Assembly: GCF_030028105.1 (NCBI RefSeq)
Contig: NC_092376.1
Location: 42,084,935 to 42,148,934 of the forward strand
Length of the DNA stretch: 64,000 bases
Reading direction: 5' to 3'
DNA from: Mobula birostris
Lineage: Eukaryota
Each line of letters begins with the position of its first letter. The stretch's first letter is position 1. Of this stretch, positions 50,330-62,607 are shown piece by piece. A program made the position numbers and the translations under genes. A model generated the notes under the pieces. That model made no database searches. It saw nothing but the letters and a program-made list of their open reading frames with translations, and was not told where the DNA came from.

Positions 50330-53300
50330 CTTAATGATCGACTGATTTCATGGTCATCTGAAGGACTTGGCAGACCAAGCAAGTACAGTACCTTTAAGCA
50401 CACAAAAGCTCATTGTCATGGCCAGAAGCAAGGCAGGAAGGGTGGGGTGGGGGGGAGCTCCAGGCCAGGCTGAAACGTAGAGGGAAGAGGCCCCCTCTAC
50501 CCAGCATCTTGTTAGAAATGTGCAGTCACTGGAGAATAAAATTGAGGACCTGAAGGCAAAGTTGCTGTATTGGAGGGAAATGAAGGATTGTTGAGCGAGT
50601 GTAGCTATGGTCTGAGTGAAAGCTATGCCTGAGTGAGATGTGGCTTTCTCCCAGCATGCCAGATACAGGAATCAAACTGGAAGGCTTCTCAGAACGGATT
50701 GAACTGTTGATTCGGAAAAAGCGAGGTTTGTGTTTTGTGATAAACTCTTGGTGGTGCTCCGATGTGCAGATTGTCGAACTCGTGCTTCCCCAACTTTGAT
50801 CACCTCATGGTCAAATGCCCGTCCTTTCTACTTACCCTGAGTTCTCCTCCATAATCCTGTGCACAATTTACATACCACCAGTAGCCAACTATAATCAATC
50901 ACTTGAGATAGAACATAGAATAGTACAGCACAGTACAGGCCCTTCGGCCCACAATGTTGTGCCGACCCTCAAATCCTGCCTCCCATATAAGCCCCCCACC
51001 TTAAATTCCTCCATATACCTGTCTAGTAGTCTCTTAAATTTCACTAGTGTATCTGCCTCCACCACTGACTCAGGCAGTGCATTCCACGCACCAACCACTC
51101 TCTGAGTAAAAAACCTTCCTCTCATATCCCCCTTGAACTTCCCACCCCTTACCTTAAAGCCATGTCCTCTTGTATTGAGCAGTGGTGCCCTGGGGAAGAG
51201 GTGCTGGCTATCCACTCTATCTATTCCTCTTATTATCTTGTACACCTCTATCATGTCTCCTCTCATCCTCCTTCTCTCCAAAGGGTAAAGCCCTAGCTCC
51301 CTTAATCTCTGATCATAATGTATACTCTCTAAACCAGGCAGCATCCTGGTAAATCTCCTCTGTACCCTTTCAAATGCTTCCATATCCTTCCTATAGTGAG
51401 GCGACCAGAACTGGACACACGTACTCCACAAGTGTGGCCTAACCAGAGTTTTATAGAGCTGCATCATTACATCGCCACTGTTAAACTCTATCCCTCGACT
51501 TATGAAAGCTAACACCCCATAAGCTTTCTTAACTACCCTATCCACCTGTGAGGCAACTTTCAGGGATCTGTGGACATGTACCCCCAGATCCCTCTGCTCC
51601 TCCACACTTCCAAGTATCCTGCCATTTACTTTGTACTCTGCCTTGGAGTTTGTCCTTCCAAAAAGTACCACTTCACACTTCTCCGGGTTGAACTCCATCT
51701 GCCACTTCTCAGCCCACTTCTGCATCCTATCAATGTCTCTCTGCAATCTTTGACAATCCTCTACATTATCTACAACACAACCAACTTATGTGTCATCTGC
51801 AAACTTGCCAACCCACCCTTCTACCCTCACATCCAGGTCGTTAATAAAAATCACGAAAAGTAGAGGTCCCAGAACAGATCCTTGTGGGACACCGCTAGTC
51901 ACAATCCTCCAATCTGAATGTACTCCCTCCACCATGACCCTCTGCCTTCTGCAGCCAAGCCAATTCTGAATCCACCTGGCCAAACTTCCCTGGATCCCAT
52001 GCCTTCTGACTTTCTGAATAAGCCTACCTTGTGGAACCTTGTCAAATGCCTTACTAAAATCCATATAGATCACATCCACTGCACTACCCTCATCTATATG
52101 CCTGGTCATCTCCTCAAAGAACTCTATCAGGCTTGTTAGACACGATCTGCCCTTCACAAAGCCATGCTGACTGTCCCTGATCAGACCATGATTCTCTAAA
52201 TGCCCAGAGATCCTATCTCTACGAATCTTTTCCAACAACTTTCCCACCACAGACGTAAGGCTCACTGGTCTATAATTACCCGAACTATCCCTACTACCTT
52301 TTTTGAACAAGGGGACAACATTTGCCTCCCTCCAATCCTCTGGTACCATTCCCGTAGACAACGAGGACATAAAGATCCTAGCCAGAGGCTCAGCAATCTC
52401 TTCCCTCGCCTCGTGGAGCAGCCTGGGGAATATTTCGTCAGGCCCCGGGGACTTATCCATCCTAATGTATTTTAACAACTCCAACACCTCCTCTCCATTA
52501 ATATCAACATGCTCCAGAACATCAACCTCACTCATATTGTCCTCATCATTATCAAGTTCCCTCTCATTGGTGAATACTGTAGAGAAGTATTCATTGAGGA
52601 CCTCGCTCACTTCCACAGCCTCCAGGTACATCTTCCCACCTTTATCTCTAATCTGTCCTACCTTCACTCCTGTCATCCTTTTGTTCTTCACATAATTGAA
52701 GAATGCCTTGGGGTTTTCCTTTACCCTACTCACCAAGGCCTTCTCATGCCCCCTTCTTGCTCTTCTCAGCCCCTTCTTAAGCTCCTTTCTTGCTTCCCTA
52801 TATTCCTCAATAGACCTATCTGATCCTTGCTTCCTAAACCTCATGTATGCTGCCTTCTTCCACCTGACTAGATTTTCTACCTCACTTGTCACCCATGGTG
52901 CCTTCACCCTACCATTCTTTATCTTCCTCACCGGGACAAATTTATCCTTAACATCCTGCAAGAGATCTCTAAACATCGACCACATGTCCATAGTACATTT
53001 CCCTGCAAAAACATCATCCCAATTAACACCCTCAATTTCTAGCCTTAATAACCTCATAAATTGCCCTTCCCCAATTAAAAATTTTCCTGTCATAGAGATG
53101 CTGCATGATATCTCCAAACAAGAAACAGTCCATCACAATGCATTTCAAATTGTATTCGGGGACTTCAACCTGGCTTGTTTGAAGAAAGCCCTTCCCAATT
53201 ACCATCAGCCTGTAATCAGTAGCACAGGAGGTCCCAACTCACTAGACCACTGTTATATCTATCATTCCATGCCCAGACAGTAGTTCAGTAAATCAGATCA

Positions 53301-55155
53301 CTTGGCTGTCCGTCTCCTAGGTGCGTTCAGGCAGAGACTAAAGAGCAAAGCTCCAGAGATTAGGACAAGGAGGTGGTCGCAGGAGACAGGAGCAGCTATG
53401 AAATTGCTTCAAGTCGGTGGGCTGAGCCGTGTTCAAAGACTCATCTGTGGATCTGAAAGAGTACACCATGTTTGTCACAGACTTTATTAAAACAGTTGTG
53501 GACGAGTGTCCCCCCACAAAGTCATTCATTCTTCCCCAACTGAAAGCCCTGGATGAACCATGAGATCCACAATCTGCTGAGGGCCAGATCAGAGGCATTC
53601 AAGTCTGGTGTGGCTAAGAAAGGTCCAGGTACGACCTCCGGAAAGCCATCTCATGGGCGAAGTGGCAATTCTAGACTAAACTTGAATCAATAAAGGATGC
53701 TCGACAATCGTGGCAGTGCTTGAATACTATTACCTTATAAGGTTAAAACAAGCTGTATACAACAACAGAGCTTTGCTTCCAGATGAGCTCAGTGTCTCCT
53801 TTGCTCACATTGATTGTAAAATCATGGAGGAACCATCACAAACTCCTACACCTTGGGACCAGAGGGCATAGCCTCAGAATAGAGGGATGCCCATTTCGAG
53901 CAGAGTTGAGCAATTTGTTTAGCCAGAAAATGGTGAATATGTGGAATTTGTTGCCATAGGTGGCTGTGGAGGCTCTGTCATTGGGTATATTTAAGGCAGA
54001 AGTTAATAAATTCTTGATTAGTCAGGGCATGAAGGGTTACGGGAAAAGGTTGGAGATTGGGGTGAGAGGAAAATAGATCAGCCAGGATGAAATGGCGGAG
54101 CAGGCTCAATGGGCCAAATGGCTGCATTCTGCTCCATATTTATTAGTCTTATGGTCTCAGAGATGCAAATATCAGGATGCTCTTCATTGATGATAGCTCA
54201 TCATCCCCTCAAAACCAATCAATAAACTTCAAAACCTTGGACTCAGTACCTCCTTGTGTAATTGGATCCTTGATTTCCATGCTTGCAGACTCCAGTCAGT
54301 TTGAATTGACAACATCTCCATGTTCTCCCTCAGCACAGGTGTGCTTTGTCCCCTGCTCTACTCAATTTATACTTGTGGCTGTGTGGCTAAGCACAGCTCC
54401 AATGCCATATTCAAGTTTACTGATGACACCACTGTCATAGGATGAATCAGCATATAGGAGGGAGATTGAGAATCTGGTGCCTCTACTTCCGTAAGAGTTT
54501 ATGTATATTTGAGATGACATCTAAAACTTTGACACTTCTATCGGTGTGTGCTGGAGAGTATTTTGATTGGCTGCATCATGGCCTGGTATGGAAGCACCAA
54601 TGCCCTGAACGGAAAATCCTACAAAAAGTAGCAGATACGGCCCAGTCCATCTCACTGGTGAAGCCCTCCCCACCATTGAGCCCATCCACATGAAATGTTG
54701 TCACAGGAAAGCAGCATCCATCGTCAGGGACCCTCACTACCCAGGACATGCTCTGTTCTTGTTGCTGCCATCAGGAAGAAGCTCCAGGAGCCTCAGGACT
54801 CTTACTACCAGGTTCAGGAACAGTTAATACTCCTCAGCCATCAGGCTGTTGAACTAAAGGGGATAACTTCACTCAACTTCACTTCATCATTGAAATATTT
54901 CCATAACCTATGGACTGACTTCAAGGACTCTTCATCTTACGTTCTCGAAATTTCTTGCTTATTTATTATTATATCTATCTTACTGTATTTGTATAGTTTG
55001 TCTTTTGCACACTGGTTGAATGCCCACGTTTGTGCAGCCTTTCATTGATTCTGTTGTGGTTATTATGGATTTATCAAGTCTGTCCACAAGGAAATGAATC
55101 TCAGCATTGTATATGATGACATAAATGTACTTTGATAATAAATTTACTTTGAACT
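50330..55155 (+). mobile_element. Degraded, near-full-length Rex1/Babar LINE interrupted by two CR1 insertions (50909-53094 and about 53855-54158)
   Basis: Endonuclease remnants (IYIPP; GDFNLACLKKALPNYHQ; LDHCY), RT remnants at 54177-54440, 3' end and tail at about 55090-55155. Confidence 0.8.
50909..53094 (-). mobile_element. Young CR1 LINE (about 2.2 kb, 5'-truncated) with nearly intact RT
   Basis: ORFs 51786-53117 ([43 protein letters not shown]) and 50895-51746; one frame break near 51786; possible short TSD GAGAT. Confidence 0.95.
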
Positions 55156-55714
55156 AAGAGGATTGTGTTCGGCCCTAGTCGTTACATTATAGAAAAGATA
55201 TGGAAGTTTAAAGAGGGGTGCAGAAGAGATTTACCAGAATATTGCCTGGATTAGAGAAAGTTTTTAAAAGAAATGTTGGGTGAGGTAGGATTTTTCTTTT
55301 TGGAGCAACAGTGGATGGAAGGTTATTTGATAGAGGTTTATAAGAGAGTGGACAGCCAGTACCTTTTTTCCAGTGCAGCAATGGTCATACCAGAGGGCAT
55401 CTATTTAAAGTGAATGGAGGAAAGTTTAGGTGAGATGTAGAAGGTAAAATGCAAAAGTGTGGTGTGTTCCTGGAACGCACAGCCCAGGATGGTGGTAGAG
55501 GCTGATACAATAGGGACATTTAAAAGATTCTTAGATAGGCACATGGATATTTAAGGAAAATAGAGGGTCATATGCTGCGTCGGAGGAAAGAGACTGATTG
55601 TGAAGTAGGTTAACGCAAACAACAGGAATTCTGCAGATGCTGGAAATTCAAGCAACACACATCAAAGTTGCTGGTGAACGCAGCAGGCCAGGCAGCATCT
55701 CTAGGAAGAGGTAC

Positions 55715-55750
55715 AGTCGACGTTTCAGGCCGAGACCCTTCGTCAGGACT
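55715..55750 (-). ncRNA. Minimal hammerhead ribozyme (PLE pLTR)
   Basis: AGTCCTGACGAAGGGTCTCGGCCTGAAACGTCGACT, identical to the copy at 10075-10110. Confidence 0.85.
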
Positions 55751-57339
55751 AACTGAAGGAAGAGTTAGTAAGAGATTTGAAAGTGGGAGGGGGAGGGGGA
55801 GATCCAAAATGATAGGAGAAGACAGGAGGGGGAGCGATGGAGCCAAGAGCTGGACAGGTGATTGGCAAAGGGGATACGAGAGGATCATGGGACAGGGGGT
55901 CCGGGGAGAAAGACGGGGGGGGGGGGACCAGAGGATGGGCAAGGGGTATAGTCAGAGGGACAGAGGGAGAAAAAGGAGAGTGAGAGAAAGAATGTGTGTA
56001 TAAAAATAAATAACAGATGGGGTACGAGGGGGAGGTGGGGCGTTAGCGGAAGTTAGAGAAGTCGATGTTCATGCCATCAGGTTGGAGGCTACCCAGACGG
56101 AATATAAGGTGTTGTTCCTCCAACCTGAGTGTGGCTTCATCTTTACAGTAGAGGAGGCCGTGGATAGACATGTCAGAATGGGAATGGGACGTGGAATTAA
56201 AATGCGTGGCCACTGGGAGATCCTGCCCCCTCTGGCGGACAGAGCGTAGGTGTTCAGCAAAGCAGTCTCCCAGGATGAGGCTTTTCATTCCAGGACGAGG
56301 GAGATGTCCTCCTTTTTTAAAGAAAGGGGCTTCCCTTCCTCCACTATCAACTCTGCTCTCAAACGCATCTCCCCCATTTCATGCACATCTGCTCTCACTC
56401 CATCCTCCCGCCACCCCACTAGGAATAGGGTTCCCCTTGTCCTCACCTACCACCCCACCAGCCTCCGGGTCCAACATATTATTCTCCGTAACTTCCACCA
56501 CCTCCAACGGGATCCCACCACTAAGCACATCTTTCCCTCCCCGCCCCTCTGCTTTCCGCAGGGATCGCTCCCTACGCGACTCTCTTGTCCATTCGTCCCT
56601 CCCATCCCTCCCCACTGATCTCTCTCCTGGCACTTATCCATGTAAGCGGAACAAGTGCTACACATGTCCTTACACTTCCTCTCTTACCACCATTCAGGGC
56701 CCCAAACAGTCCTTCCAGGTGAGGCGACACTTCACCTGTGAGTCGGCTGGGGTGGTATACTGCATCCGGTGCTCCCAATGGGGCCTTCTATGTGTTGGTG
56801 AGACCCGATGCAGACTGGGAGACTGCTTTGCTGAACACCTACGCTCTGTCCGCCAGAGAGGGCAGGATCTCCCAGTGGCCACGCATTTTAATTCCACGTC
56901 CCAGTCCCATTCTGACATGTCTATCCACTGCCTCCTCTACTGTAAAGATGAAGCCACACTCAGGTTGGAGGAACAACACCTTATATTCCGTCTGGTTAGC
57001 CTCCAACCTGATGGCATGAACATCGACTTCTCTAACTTCCACTAATGCCCCACCTCTCCCTCGTACCCCATCTGTTACTTATTTTTATGCACACATTCTT
57101 TCTCTCACTCTCCTTTTTCTCCCTCTGTCCCTCTGACTATACCCCTTGCCCATCCTCTGGTTCCACCTCCCCCTTGTCTTTCTCCCCGGACCGCCTGTCC
57201 CATGATCCTCTCGTATCCCCTTTGCCAATCACCTGTCCAGCTCTTGGCTCCATCCCTTCCCCTCCTGTCTTCTCCTATCATTTTGGATCTCCCCCTCCCC
57301 CTCCCACTTTCAAATCTCTTACTAACTCTTCCTTCAGTT

Positions 57340-57375
57340 AGTCCTGACGAAGGGTCTTGGCCTGAAACGTTGACT
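57340..57375 (+). ncRNA. Minimal hammerhead ribozyme (PLE pLTR), sense to the usp12 pre-mRNA
   Basis: AGTC-CTGACGA-A-GGGTC-TT-GGCCT-GAAA-CGTT-GACT; intact core, GUU triplet. Confidence 0.8.
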
Positions 57376-59497
57376 GTACCTCTTCCTAGAGATGCTGCCT
57401 GGCCTGCTGTGTTCACCAGCAACTTTGATGTGTGTTGCATGAAGTAGGTTAATGTTGGTTAGCACGACATGGTGGGCCGAAGGGCCCATACTGTACTGTT
57501 CTGTGTTCTAAACTGATGGTGTCATACGCCAGTAAGCTAAGTTAACGGGTGCCTTCTGATGTACTTGCAGCTGTATAATCTATCAGTGTTGCTCAAGCAT
57601 TATATTTATTGTACTATTGTCTTTCAGCTTCAAGTTAAATACATAATCAAATTGCTTTTCTCTCTTCCTCATGGCTGCACCGGGGTAAATTAACATTTGT
57701 ACTGATCTTTCATGCAAGGAAATTCTTATTTTAAGTAACTTTTTTGCCGAAAATATTTTATCCCATGGAATTCTGAAAGACTTTTACCAGAGAATATTTG
57801 TGAAATGCTCTTCAGAGATCAGCAAACAGAACATTTTGATTGAAATATTATTGTATTGCTGTAAGTTAAAACCTGATCATCAGCTTTGCTGCTGTAAATT
57901 GTCCTTTCTTTTAAAATTTAATAATGCTGCATCTTAAGGCACAACTTGTCCATCTATGTAAATTCAAGCTTTCAGACTTAACAGTTTCAAGTAACCGCAT
58001 TTCTGTTGGTCCACAGAAGAGACTGTGCCTTTTTCTGTTTCAGTTTGTATCTTTTGTTCTTTTGTCACCATCTCGTTTGTAAAGTAGTTGTTGATTTTCA
58101 CCCTAGCACAGACATTCCAATTGTTCTGTTCCTTTCAGGCCGTGCTTATTTTCTCAATTTTCCAGTTCTGACTCTTCTGGCCTTGACTCTTCCCGGTTTT
58201 TAAAGTAATTGTTGCCCTGGCAACTTTGCTCTGCAAATTATTGCAAGCATTCCCTTTGATTTCTCTCTTTTTCTCTTTTATTGTTCTCTACTTCTTCACC
58301 TACTCTGCTGAGTGCTTCCAATATTTTATATTGTCTTCTGGGATCTCTTTGCCTATTCATATGATGTGCCCATGCCCTTTTGTTTCACTTTGACTGAGAA
58401 CGTGTTTCAGACTTTTCAAAATGAAACCTGATATGGGTTTGGTGGTTCATCTTTTCATGGCTTAGTTCTGATTCTTGCTAAATTCCTTTGATTTATCAAC
58501 ATAAATGTTGATATAAAATTGACCATTCCATTGTTTGACTTTTGAGAATATGTAGGCATATGTCCAGATGATGTGATTTTTCCCCATCTGTGTGTCAGTC
58601 CAGTAGGCAGGTAACAATCTTCTTTTGTTGATGCCTACACTATGTGTAAGAGAGAGCAAGCATAATTCTTTTCCTTAAAAATGCGGAAAACAGCCTGATT
58701 TCTGTTCAATAATTCCCCCTAGAGTAGTGACCTGATTGGCAAGATTTTGAATTTTAATCTAAGTTTCATAAGGTGTTTATTTCCAATAAAAGAAGCTAGG
58801 TTATTTACCATTTGAATAGAACAAAGAAAGACTAAGATAGAATCATTGCAGTGCAGACAAGAGGTCTGTATGATTAAGTAGAACACCATTTTCCTGCATC
58901 TTACAAGCAAGGCCAAACCGTTTTTGTACTTGGTTTTCTTTGAGATAGAGATAACTATAATTCAAAAAGGGCTGGTGCCTGTAAAAGTGACCATTAAACT
59001 GTTTTGTAGTAAAGCTCCAGCAGGTAATGTACCCTTTAGAAATTGCTGCCTGTTGATCTTGTCCGATGCAGTTCCAAGGTGACTTAATTTCCTCATCTTA
59101 GTTGGTTTAACTGTCCACACGAAATATCAAAAGATCTGATCTAGATAATTGAAGTAGACAGTCAAATGGAAAGGATTAACAGGGTTTAATTCAACATGTG
59201 GTGACCTGGCTTTTGTGTGGATGGGAGAAACGTAATCACATCCTCTGAGTGGCTTGGAAGTCACATTTAAAAAAAAGGTTGAAAATAGGATATTATTTGG
59301 GAAGTGAGGCAATATCCCTTATAGAGAACAGAACAAAGGAAAACCAAGTGGGAAAGAACAGAGAAACAATAGGAAAACAAAATTTAAAAATCATTACTAA
59401 TGAACAAGGCTTTCAATGTATCTGAAACTTTATTAGTGTGTACTAATAGAAGAATTAGTCATACTAATAGAAGAAAGAAAATGGAAACATACCTACA

Positions 59498-60623
59498 TCA
59501 CAAACATGAGAATATTTGCAGATGCTCGATTCCAAAGCAACACACAAAAATGCTGGAGGAACTCAGCAGGCCAGGTAGTATCTATGGGGAAAAACGTACA
59601 GGTGACGTTTCGGGCCGAAACCCTTCAGCAGGACTGGAGGAAAATAATGTTGAGGAGTAGTTTTGAAAGGTGGGGGGAGGGGAGAGAGAAACGCCAGGTG
59701 ATAAGTGAAGGCCATGGAAGAAAGGAGGAGGAGCACCAGACGGAGGTGATGGGTGGGCAGTTACTTAACAAGGGGATGGGAAATGGTGAAGGAAGGGGAG
59801 GGGTGAGGGGCATTACTGGAAGTTTGAGAAATCAAAAGTTCATGCCATCAAGTTGGAGGCTACTCAAATGGAATACAAGGTGTTGTTCTCCAACCTAAGT
59901 GTGGCCTCATCACAACAGTGGCGGAGGCCATGGATGGACATATAGGAATGGGAAGTGGAATTAAAATGAGTAGCCTCTGGGAGATTCCGCTTGTTCTGGC
60001 AGATGGAGTGTAGATGCTCGGCGAAGCAGTCTCCCAGTCTATGCCGGGTATCACTGATATACAAGAGGCTACACCGGGAACGCAGTATATGACCCCATCA
60101 GACTCACAGGTGAAGTGTTGTCTCACTTGGAAGGACTGTTTGGGACCCCGAGTGGTAGTGAGGGAGGAGGGGTAGGGGCAGGTGAAGTACTTGTTCGGTT
60201 TGCAAGGGTTAGTGCCAGGGGGGAGATCAGTGAGGAGGGACGAATGGTCAAGGGAGATGCATAAGGAACGATCCCTGTGGAAAGTGGGGGAGGGGCAAGG
60301 AAAGATGTGTTTGGTGGTGGGATCCCCTGTCCCCCTCTGATGTTATTTCCTTGTCTGCCCATCGCCTTCCTCTGGTGTTCCTCCCTCCCCACCTTCTTTC
60401 TTCCATGGCCTTCACCTATTGCCCGCCGTTTCTCTCTCTTGCCCCCCCCCCCACCTTTCGAATCTACTCCTCAGCTTTTTTTTTAACTAGTCCTGCTGAA
60501 GGGGTTTCGGCCTGAAATTTCGACTGTACTCTTATCCATAGATGCTAGCTGGCCTGCTGAGTTCCTCCAGCATTTTGTGTGTGTGGTTCGGATTTCCAGC
60601 ATCTGCAGATTTTCTCTTGTTTG
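59498..60623. mobile_element. Penelope-like element of a second subfamily with inverted pLTR ends
   Basis: Minus-strand GIY-YIG remnant (RQHFTCESDGVIYC; RLGDCFAEHL); pLTRs at both ends in opposite orientation; hammerhead variants with CTGCTGA at 59600-59635 (-) and 60489-60525 (+). Confidence 0.85.
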
Positions 60624-60847
60624 AGGAGCCTACCTATGTGGCCAGCAAATTTCTGAACTAATAAAGGAGGATGAACTGGATATTGAAGTCCAGTTTTAAA
60701 GGTTTGGTTACTGAGAAATTACCCTAAGCTGGTTTCTCCTTTAAGTCAGAGACATATCACCCATATAGCTACCCATATCACATTGTTCTATGTACACTAT
60801 GATTTTTATTAATTGAATATTCACACTAATGCTATCCAAAATCACAT

Positions 60848-61415
60848 TGGAACATAGACAAGCCTTTTGGCCCGTGTTGTTGTGCCAACCTTTTAACTTT
60901 GTTTAATCTAATTCTTCCCTTCCATGTAGCCCTCTATTTTTTTCACCCCTGTGCTGATTTAAGTCTCTTAAATGTCCCTAATGTATCTGCGTCCACCACC
61001 ACCATCAGGAGTGCATTCATTCCATGCACTTACCACTGCCTTCTTATCAAAACAAACTTACCTCTCCCTCCCCCATAAACTTTCCGAAATCACCTTAAAA
61101 TTATTCCCTCTCGTATCAGCCATTGCTACATTGGGGGGGGGGGAGAGGGGGAGAAGCGGGTGAAAGGCATTGGCTGTCTACTCTATCAATGCCTCTTACC
61201 TTGTACACCTCTATCAAGTTACCTCCCATCCTCTCACCCAGAAGAGAAAAGCCCTAGCTCACTCAATCTTTCCGCTCAAGACACTACCTCTAATCCAGGC
61301 AGCATCCTGGTAAATCTCCTCTGCACCCCCTTTAAAGCATCCACTGTTTTCCAATAATGAGGCAACCAGAACTAATTGCCGCCCCACCTCCTTGTGGTAT
61401 ACCAAAGTTCTATAT
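60848..61415 (-). mobile_element. Old CR1 3' end
   Basis: CTCTAATCCAGGCAGCATCCTGGTAAATCTCCTCTGCACC and tail at about 60850. Confidence 0.75.
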
Positions 61416-61436
61416 TACCTTGTGGCTCAATTAATA

Positions 61437-61882
61437 GGTTTAGACCGACGTGAGACAGTCTAGTTTTACCATACTGATAATGTGTTGTTGCAACAGTAAT
61501 CCTGCTCAGTACGAGAGGAATCGCAGGTTCGGACATTTGCTGAGGAGCCAATGGTGCGAAGCTACCATCCGCAGGATTATGACTGAATGCTTCTAAGTCA
61601 GAATCCTACCTAAATGCAGTGATATCCTAGCGCCAGGGATCACTGGTTGGCCTCAGGTAACTGGCCCCCTCGTGCGGCCGGCGAGAAGTGCCATTGCTAC
61701 TGGCCTGGAGCGCTGACAGATGGGCGCCACCTCTAAGCCTGTTTAGCACACCCAATGTTCATGGGGAACCCGGTGCTAAAATACTAGCAGACAACCTAAT
61801 TCGGGCTCAGGGTTTCGTAAGTAGCAGAGCAGCTACCTTACTACGATCTATTTGAAAGTCATCCCTCGAACCAGACTTTTGT
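61437..61882 (+). pseudogene. 28S rRNA 3'-terminal fragment (degenerate)
   Basis: GGTTTAGACCG.CGTGAGACAG..TAGTTTTACC; sarcin-ricin loop CTCAGTACGAGAGGAA (about 61505-61520); GGATTATGACTGAA..C.TCTAAGTCAGAATCC; ends GAAAGTCATCCCTCG...TTTTGT, matching the mature 28S end; substitutions and a small deletion show it is not functional rDNA. Confidence 0.93.
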
Positions 61883-61887
61883 TTTTT

Positions 61888-62083
61888 GTGCGTGGAATGG
61901 ACTCCTGGCAGCGGTGGTGGAAGAGGAAACAATAGGGTCTTTTAAGAGACTCCTGGATAGGTACATGGAGCTTTGAAAAATTGTGGGCTATGGGTAAGCC
62001 TAGGTAGTTTTAAGGTAAGGACATGTTCAGCACAGCTTTGTGGGCCAAAGGGCCTGTATTGTGCTGTAGATTTTCTGTTTCTA
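61888..62083 (+). mobile_element. CR1 3'-terminal approx. 195 bp directly following the 28S fragment
   Basis: Collinear with the CR1 end at about 63046-63245 (GTGCCTGGAATGG...GGCCTGTATTGTGCTGTAG...TGTTTCTA). Confidence 0.88.
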
Positions 62084-62149
62084 ATACATACAGTAAATTA
62101 ATAGAATATATACAGTATCTAATGAATATTGTGATTGTACATAGTTCAT

Positions 62150-62605
62150 ATTGCAGGCATAACTCTCCCCACACTTCACCTACGAGACTTGCGTAATCTG
62201 CTATATATTGATGAGACTGCTCCACCGAGCACTTCTGCTCTGTACGCCAGAAAAAGTGGGATTTTCCGATGCCCTTCCGTTTCAGTTCTACTTCCCATTA
62301 CCATTCCGACATCTCAGTCTACGGCCTGCTCTACTGCTACAATGAGGCAACAGTCAGATTGGAGGAGCTATACCTTGCATCCTGTCTGGGTAGCCTCCAA
62401 CCTGATAGTATGAACATCGGTTTCTCAAACTTGCAGTAATTGCCTCCCCACCCCTTTCACTATTCCCCATTCCTATTTCCCTCTTTCACTTTACCACCTT
62501 ACATGCTTATCATCTCCTTCTGGTGCTCATCCCCTCTCCTTTCTTCCATTGTCTTGTATCCTCTCCAGCCCTTTATCTCTTTCATCAATCAACATCCCAG
62601 CTCTT
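62150..62605 (+). mobile_element. Old PLE GIY-YIG/linker fragment
   Basis: GATTGGAGGAGC...TCTGGGTAGCCTCCAACCTGATAGTATGAACATCG. Confidence 0.7.
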
Positions 62606-62607
62606 TA

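Larger units (their letters stand above)
55614..57439. mobile_element. Young Penelope-like (Neptune-type) insertion with approx. 620-bp inverted arms
   Basis: ORF 56170-57045 carries a Cys-rich linker (CKRNKCYTC) and GIY-YIG endonuclease (VVYCIRC...VGET...RLG...EH...HFN...E...N); arm about 55650-56272 is the reverse complement of about 56816-57438; TSD TGAAGTAGGTTAA at 55601-55613 and 57440-57452. Confidence 0.93.
55160..57510 (+). mobile_element. Old CR1 3' end hosting the PLE insertion in its 3'UTR (host parts about 55160-55613 and 57440-57510)
   Basis: GTGCAGAAGAGATTTACCAG ORF remnant; tail GGGCCGAAGGGCCC...TGTTCTGTGTTCTA resumes after the TSD. Confidence 0.8.

Noticed and set aside
57960-59000. 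T-rich unique stretch with a faint integrase-like remnant (WGKITSSGHMPTYSQKSNNGMV) on minus; also checked for usp12 exon 2
   Set aside because: Similarity too weak without a profile search; no GANASALEKEIG exon seen anywhere in 38894-64000
61437-61882. Functional 28S rRNA gene
   Set aside because: Only the last approx. 445 nt, with substitutions and a deletion in conserved helices; no ITS/ETS or other rDNA nearby
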